From NCBI RefSeq assembly GCF_009914755.1, contig NC_060947.1: DNA of 64,000 nucleotides; one strand, 5' to 3'. The position numbers and the translations under genes are program-made. The DNA is from the human T2T-CHM13v2.0 reference genome, Homo sapiens. The notes below the pieces were generated by a model. The model was not told where the DNA came from and did no database searches. It saw only the letters and a program-made list of their open reading frames with translations. Below, piece after piece: positions 57,366 through 64,000 of the stretch (its first letter is position 1; each line of letters begins with the position of its first letter).

Positions 57366-59329
57366 TTATACATATTAGAGTCATACAAGTACAGCCAAAT
57401 GCAACATTCTCATAAAACATAATGTTAAAAATCAGATGGAGAATAGACCTCCAGATTTCCTGCGTTTATGATGACAGCTTTACAGGAAACCAAAACTGTG
57501 TGCTGGGGACTGTTCTGGGTATTCTGCAAATGTTTTTTCGTGTTTGTCTTTGGTATATAATACATTCTCATTTCCTAGGGCTGTTTAGTTTGTGAATGTG
57601 AAACTGTCGACTTCCTGTGTCAACTTCAAGTAGCTAAGTTTTCCTATTTGTTTGAATTCCTGTAGTGGACCCTCATCTTATATTTATTTATTTTGGCTCC
57701 AAAGACTGACCATATTCATAGTAAGAGTTTGGCAATGTAAGTAGTCATTTTCTGCAAAGAAATATATTCTGACCGAATCATTTCACTGAAACCTCCTAAA
57801 CCATGAACTTTTATTCTAGAACTAATAAGTGTTTGTGGCAAAGTTCTTTAGCCCTTTGGCTTGTACATTTTATGGCTACAAAAAGGTAGTTGGAATTTTT
57901 TTTTTTCGTGAAGGAATTTCATGCATAGCCCAGGACTGTTTTAAGTGTAGAATTTATCTTTGCAACATGCATCTTCAACATGCATGTATGCTTTCTGAGT
58001 ATGTGCAATTATTCTACTTTTGTGTTAGATGTTCTAAGCTTTTGTGTCTTTCTTGTCACATCATATACAGATTCCTTTCAACCATTACCTTATACATACC
58101 CTTTAACTTCAATAGCTTTAGCTGTAGGAATGTCTGTAAAGTCACAAAATTAATTTTCTCCAAACACCACATTCATTTATCCCTCCCCTTAGTGGCACGA
58201 ACTTAACACAAGGCACACGAGCTTTCAGACTTGAGATTCTTTTTTTATGACTTCTTTAAACCATCATCTAATTGTTGATCTGACAGATTGCATACTCAGA
58301 GTAAGTTTATTAACCAGAGCATCTTTTTTGATACCATAAAATTAATTTATTTCTGCCCCAAGAGTGCATTTTGGGAGTGGGTTAGTAAGAAACATCTGAA
58401 TCATAATCATTTTTGGAACATCCCTTGTACTCCATAAAAATAACATTGATTCAGAACCACTCCCAATTCTCTGCTCCTTCAGGAGACAGGATAGTGGAAT
58501 TGATTAGCGCTCAGCTGCTGAATGCTGAAGGACGCCCACAGGCCTGGAAAAGACTTGGCTAGGCCTCTGCCAATACCCCTGACGGAAGAAGGGAACATTG
58601 GTCGGCTCCCTTTCAGATAATGTGCTTGGGTTTTGCCGTACCTTTGAAAAGACATTGAGACATAAAGGCTTTGTCAGAAGAGGAGGAGGATGCAGGAGGG
58701 TGAAGGCTGCAGCCTTGGCCCAGCTGAAGTGCCCCACACAAATTTTCAGATCTCTGACATCTGTGTTTCCTCTGGCCTGACCTTTTCCTAGTCCTTCCCT
58801 GGCTTAAGGGGTAGCAGTCCCAAGAATACAAGCCTATGTCACAACACCCTGCATGATCAAGGACGTCCCTGGGTGGCCTAACAATAAAAGCACAGCATTC
58901 TGGAGGAAAGAACAAAAAATGGACAAGAAGAATGCCAAATAAGCAAATCTGCAATGTCATAAGGGTCAAGGTAGTCAATGTCTGTTTTATTGCCAATTCA
59001 CAGAACAGAAAAAAATGTAGCTTTAAAACGATAACAACAACAATAAAAGCATATCCACTGGCACATCTTCCTTGTTTTCAGTGATTAATGCTTTGAAGAA
59101 AGTTGATTGGAAGAGAAACACAGTCATCTTAAAATACAGACATGTGCTTTTTTGCTTATAAGCAACTGTAGCTCAGAACTCCAATCACTTCTGTTTTGCC
59201 CTTCAAATTTCCACCCGTGGTAGACATGTCAAGAAGGAACACCCCATTATTCTCAATTAGCTGCCCTCCTGGAGGAGGTAGGTACACACACGATGCAAAA
59301 GTCATTTCTGTTTGACTCAAGATTAATTA

Positions 59330-59628
59330 TTATTGTTATTATTATTATTATTATTATTTTGACACAGAGTCTCGCTCTGTTGCCTAGGCTGGAGTGCAGT
59401 GACACACACAATCTTGGCTTACTGCGACTTCTGCCTCCTGAATTCGTGATTCTCCTGCTTCAGCCTCCCAAGTAGCTGGGATTACAGACATATGCCACCA
59501 TGTATTTTTAGTAGAGACAGGGTTTGCCATATTGGCCAGGCTGGTCTCGAACTCCTGGCCTCCTGCTATCTTTCTGCCTCGGTCTCCCAAAGTGCTGGGA
59601 TTACAGGCGTGAGCCACCGCGCCTGGCC
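59330..59628 (-). mobile_element. Alu SINE with (ATT)n tail and linker deletion
   Basis: Alu dimer; TSD ctcaagattaatta (59316-59329/59631-59644). Confidence 0.95.
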
Positions 59629-59986
59629 ACCTCAAGATTAATTACATGGTGTCAGTTGCACTAGATGTACCCTTCTGATCTTTGGATGATGCTTGCGTTA
59701 GACTAATGTTAGGTGCACTGCTATTCCCTGAGCACACCTTCTGATGAAATGCACCCAAACCCAAAGTTCCCAGAGCTGTCCCATTACAGCTTGAGGAACT
59801 TTCCATTGCTATGACCAGAGGAGCAGCAAGATTTCTTCTCTAAAGACCGTGCCCAGGAATCATGTGCTTTCCCATTTGCTTTTTTTGAGGTAACAACCCT
59901 TATTCCCACGATGTGTCAACTGAAGCAGAAATCAGTGGACAAGTTTGGTCATTTGTCAAAACTGCACAAAGCTCTTTATTCTAGTG

Positions 59987-60211
59987 CAGGGTTCTCAGCA
60001 CTATTGACATCTTGTGCTGGATCATTCTTTGCTGGGGCCAGGGGACTGTCCTGTGTGCTGTAGGATGTTTAGTAGCATCCCTGGCCTTCACCCACTAGAT
60101 GCCAGAAGCACTCTCCGCCCCTGCCCCCTGTCATTTATGACAACTAAAATTGTCATGGAACATTGCCAATGCCCCCTGGGGGCAAAGTTGCTCCTGATTG
60201 AGCACCACTGC
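59987..60211. mobile_element. MER20 hAT-Charlie MITE
   Basis: gtaggatgtttagtagcatccctggccttcacccactagatgccag. Confidence 0.88.
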
Positions 60212-62215
60212 TCTGGTATGAGAGAATTGTGGGGGTACACAGGGCAGCCAATCTTATTTATTGCAGTTCGGCTCAGTTTGAATCACCAGTCATTCTTTTC
60301 CAGACCTTTGAAGTACAGGACAGGCAGTCATGCAAGGTAAACCGCCATCCCTATGAAGAAAGCGACCCTCCCTTATCTCTAGCTCCTAGTCTGGTGATTA
60401 GTTGAATTACATTTTTTTTTTTTTTGCCTGTGAATTTTCTCTTTCCACTGTGCACTTAAAGTCTAGGAACTGTTGACTCACTTTTCTTGGTAACTGGGAC
60501 ACTTTGGCTTCAGATTCCCTCAGTTTCAGATGCCAATTTCCATTTCATACACAAATGTCTTAACTCAAGGGTGCCCCAAGAATCTTGCTCACAGCATATG
60601 CTTGAAGGAACGTTTCTGTCCTGGGAAAGGTTTATCTCTGTACATTTTCTTCCTCATAGCGTTTCTTCAACTTTCTCTCTGAGCCTAGTTTTTCACAGTC
60701 CTCATTGGCCGTCAGTGATCTCCAAGTCTCTGTTGCCGGTCACCACATTCTCACTACTCAGGAAGCCCTCTTCTGGGACCTCAGTCCTGGGCATTGTCTC
60801 TTCACAGACAATCAGTCATCCACAGTAGAGAGAAGAGGGTAAATCTTGGAATTATTGGCTGACTCTTTGTGGGCATCTAAACCTCCCTAAGCAGAATGTC
60901 CGCAGCTTTCACTGCATATCCAGAGGGATTTAGTACACACACAAATCTCCAGGCCCTAGCCCATCAGAGGTTAACTGCACTTTGAGATCCTTGGAATAGT
61001 GGTTCATACTCTATCCATGATCTTTATGGGAAAGCATTAATTTTATTATTTCAAAAATGCACATTGAACACTACTGTGTACTAGGTACTGTGCTAGGTAT
61101 TAGGAATTCAGCATTAGTAAGAGAAGCAGTCCCTACTCTTGTGGAGGTTATAATATTGGAATGAGCTGGCTCAAGGAGAAAAGGGTCTGGCACACAACCC
61201 TGAATGTGGTCAGTGTCTCCGATCATTTTAGAAAAATTAAACAACAACAAAAACTTGTGCAAGTTTCACAATGGAAGGATCCTTCCATGCATCCATATAG
61301 ATCCAAAACATTGCTAAGTGAGAGCAAATATCATGAGAAACATGGAGTCTAAGAAAGCAAACAGACAGAAAGCCACATGAACCTTTTGTATCGGGGAAAA
61401 CTCATACAGGACTTTTGGTCTAAGTTTTTGAAAGAGGAGTGTTAAGCTCAAATACTTCCTCAGAAAACTTAAAGAAAACCTGAAGAATTCATTGAAGTAC
61501 AAATTGAACTAGAGAAGCCTTCAATGATGATGTGAGGTGTTTTATTTTGGTTTTACCCCTTCATCTTACAGTGCTAGAAAAGAAAAGCTGCTAGATTTGG
61601 GGGAGTGGAAAGGTCCTCAAACAACCTGGTTCCTTCATCATTTTGATCTCTTAGCCCTTGGTGATTTTATTCTGCATGGAGAATGGCTATAGGAAAATGA
61701 CATAGACCATTATTTCTCTTGATTGAGTCATGTAAACATGCTATTGCAAAATATCAGAAGTTATGAGTCAGAAGTTATGCCAGAGACTATTATATAATAG
61801 GTTCCCCTATTTTTAGAAAATATGGTCAAAACCCATTTTAAAAACTAGATTTTGATTTTTTGGCATACTATGCCTTGGGGGATCTGTAGCAAGACACAAA
61901 GCCATCATATCCCACTCATTAACTGTTAAAGAAACTACTGTCCAGAAAAAGAAAATTGAGAGCACTATGATTGTATTTTAGATCAGAAAGACAAGCAATA
62001 GAACTAACATGGTTATTTCAATAAAAACACCTAAGAAATAAGGAAAGTCTTATGTCACTAGATAAGAGAAGGCAGTTTTTCAACAGGGATCTATGGAAAT
62101 AACACCTTAAAAGACAGATGAGAGAGTTTCAGTTTTGGTGAGAATCATTTGACATACTTCGGAGTGGTTTGATTTTTTTCAAATATTTCCAAAATGAATA
62201 CATGCTAATATATAT

Positions 62216-62305
62216 TGTATATATATATATGTGTATATATATATATATATACATGTATATATACATGTATATATATATACGTATATATATATATATGTAT
62301 ATATA

Positions 62306-62338
<33 letters not shown>
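62216..62338. repeat. Interrupted (TA)n microsatellite
   Basis: ~120 bp alternating purine-pyrimidine tract, mostly TA with TG/CA/CG interruptions. Confidence 0.97.
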
Positions 62339-62364
<26 letters not shown>

Positions 62365-62646
62365 GAGACGGAGTCTTGCTCTGTCGCCCAGGCTGGAGTG
62401 CAATGGCGTGATCTCGGCTCACTGCAAGCTCCACCTCCTGGGTTCACGCCACTCTCTTGCCTCAGCCTCCTGAGTAGCTGGGACTACAGACACCCACTAC
62501 CACACCTGGCTAATTTTTTTATATTTTTAGTAGAGACGGGGTTTCACTGTGTTAGCCAGGATGGTCTCGATCTCCTGACCTCGTGATCTGCCTGCCTCGG
62601 CCTCCCAAAGTGCTGGGATTACAGGCATGAGCCACCGTGCCTGGCC
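62339..62646 (-). mobile_element. AluY-like SINE
   Basis: gcaagctcc, ttcacgcca and gtgttagccaggatggtctcgatctc segments; TSD tattgta(t/a)atat (62213-62224/62647-62658). Confidence 0.96.
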
Positions 62647-63645
62647 TATTGTAAATATTTTTGAGTCTCCCTGTTGGGATAAGAGACATGTTCGGGCACT
62701 GAGAAAACTTAACCTGAGCCCTCTTAACCACCATCAAAGTATCAAAGAGAAGGGAATGGGCACTGGATGACTGAAGAATTGGGATTCTAATGGATAAGAG
62801 TCTAACGTGATCACCAAAGGTTTGGTTTCTGAACTCCTAATAGAGAAAGCAGTCATGATCAGAATTGAGTGAGGGCTCTCTGGAAGGAGTAATGTCAGAC
62901 CAATCTAATATCTTTAAAAATATAAAGTTATTACATTGGTGGGATAGTGATAGGATAAACTTAGGGAGAAGACAATGAACCCATTGCTTTACAACAGACA
63001 CGATTCAAAGATTCTCCAACACATTTATGATTTCCTACTGGTTGGTATCTAGTAATATGACAAAATACATAAAATATTATTTTTAGAGAGATGAAAGGCC
63101 CTGTATTAAACAACACCAATGTTATTTTAAAAAGTCTTGTGATTATGTATATGGTTCTTACTATTTTTCTTTGAACAACAGGCAAGTTGTTTGAGGGCCC
63201 ATAAAGCGACAGAGATAGTAAATAGATCACAGACATAAATAAAAATATTATCATGTTAACTTACTATTTATAGGCATTTGGAAATTGCACGAAGCATGCA
63301 TAACAGAAGTTTGACATGGATTATCCCCAGAGCTCTTTCCTGTGACCCATCTAGTGGAAATCATCCCAGAAATCCTAGAGGTTAGGTGTTTTTGCTGGGA
63401 GGAATAACACTACTGGAGTTAAACAAACCAACTATTTGGACACTCCCAGTCTCCCCACCTGCAACTGCCTCAGCAGTGGAAACATGAGGCCAGAGATCAC
63501 AGGAACTCATGTGAAGATGCCTCTAAGTGGTTACTATTCTTGTAACAAATTTACCAACAAAGCACATGGATCTTCAATTATCTCTGTTTAAATTTAAGGA
63601 GAAGTGCCAGCACTGAAGGGTAACCTCAAATAGGAGCCCTCTTTT

Positions 63646-63686
63646 ACACACACACGTGCACGTGTACACACACACGATACACACAT
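63646..63686. repeat. Imperfect (CA)n tract
   Basis: acacacacacgtgcacgtgtacacacacacgatacacaca. Confidence 0.8.
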
Positions 63687-64000
63687 GATAAATAGCAGGA
63701 CATAATTTGTTTATTTCTCCAACACTTCTCACTCACCAGACTGTCAGATCAATTACCAAGATGACTGAAATAAATAAACACAATTGTAATCCTTTATCAC
63801 TAGATCACAGAGAAACCATTTCTAGAACCTGAAACTCAGACGAGTCTCTGTTACTGGACAGGGGCGTCAAATGGGAGAAGTAAAGGCTGTTTGAGGCTTG
63901 TATTCATTTGAGATGGCACTGGCTTCTGGATCTTTACAATGTGTCTCCCCTCTCCTGGAGGAGAAAATGACTGCTGTGGAGATTAGGATAAATAAAATGC

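Noticed and set aside
62129-62586. Several overlapping Ile/Tyr-rich ORFs
   Set aside because: Artefact of the stop-free (TA)n microsatellite and Alu

Overview
Primate (human-like) non-coding genomic DNA with no credible protein-coding exon, RNA gene or CpG island. It is dominated by interspersed repeats: about 25 Alu/FLAM copies, old L1MB/L1MC/L1ME and L2 fragments, MIRs, hAT MITEs (MER5, MER20, MER33, MER58, MER91) and many solo LTRs (MLT1/MST, LTR47-like, MER51A, MER39-like, MER41B, a MER4-group LTR, MER11), many with readable target-site duplications (TSDs). The ORF track is explained by Alu/LTR/microsatellite translation or chance. Subfamily names were recognised by eye and need RepeatMasker/Dfam confirmation; the locus could not be identified. 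I found no convincing new multi-gene system. The most unusual signals are two patchworks of sequence copied from 1-4 kb away (3287-3449 and 48812-48966), a perfect 49-bp tandem duplication, a palindrome replacing part of a MIR, a tailless Alu, and LTRs with intact regulatory motifs (tandem GAS sites in MER41B, two octamers in MER51A). Several repeat-free islands look enhancer-like.
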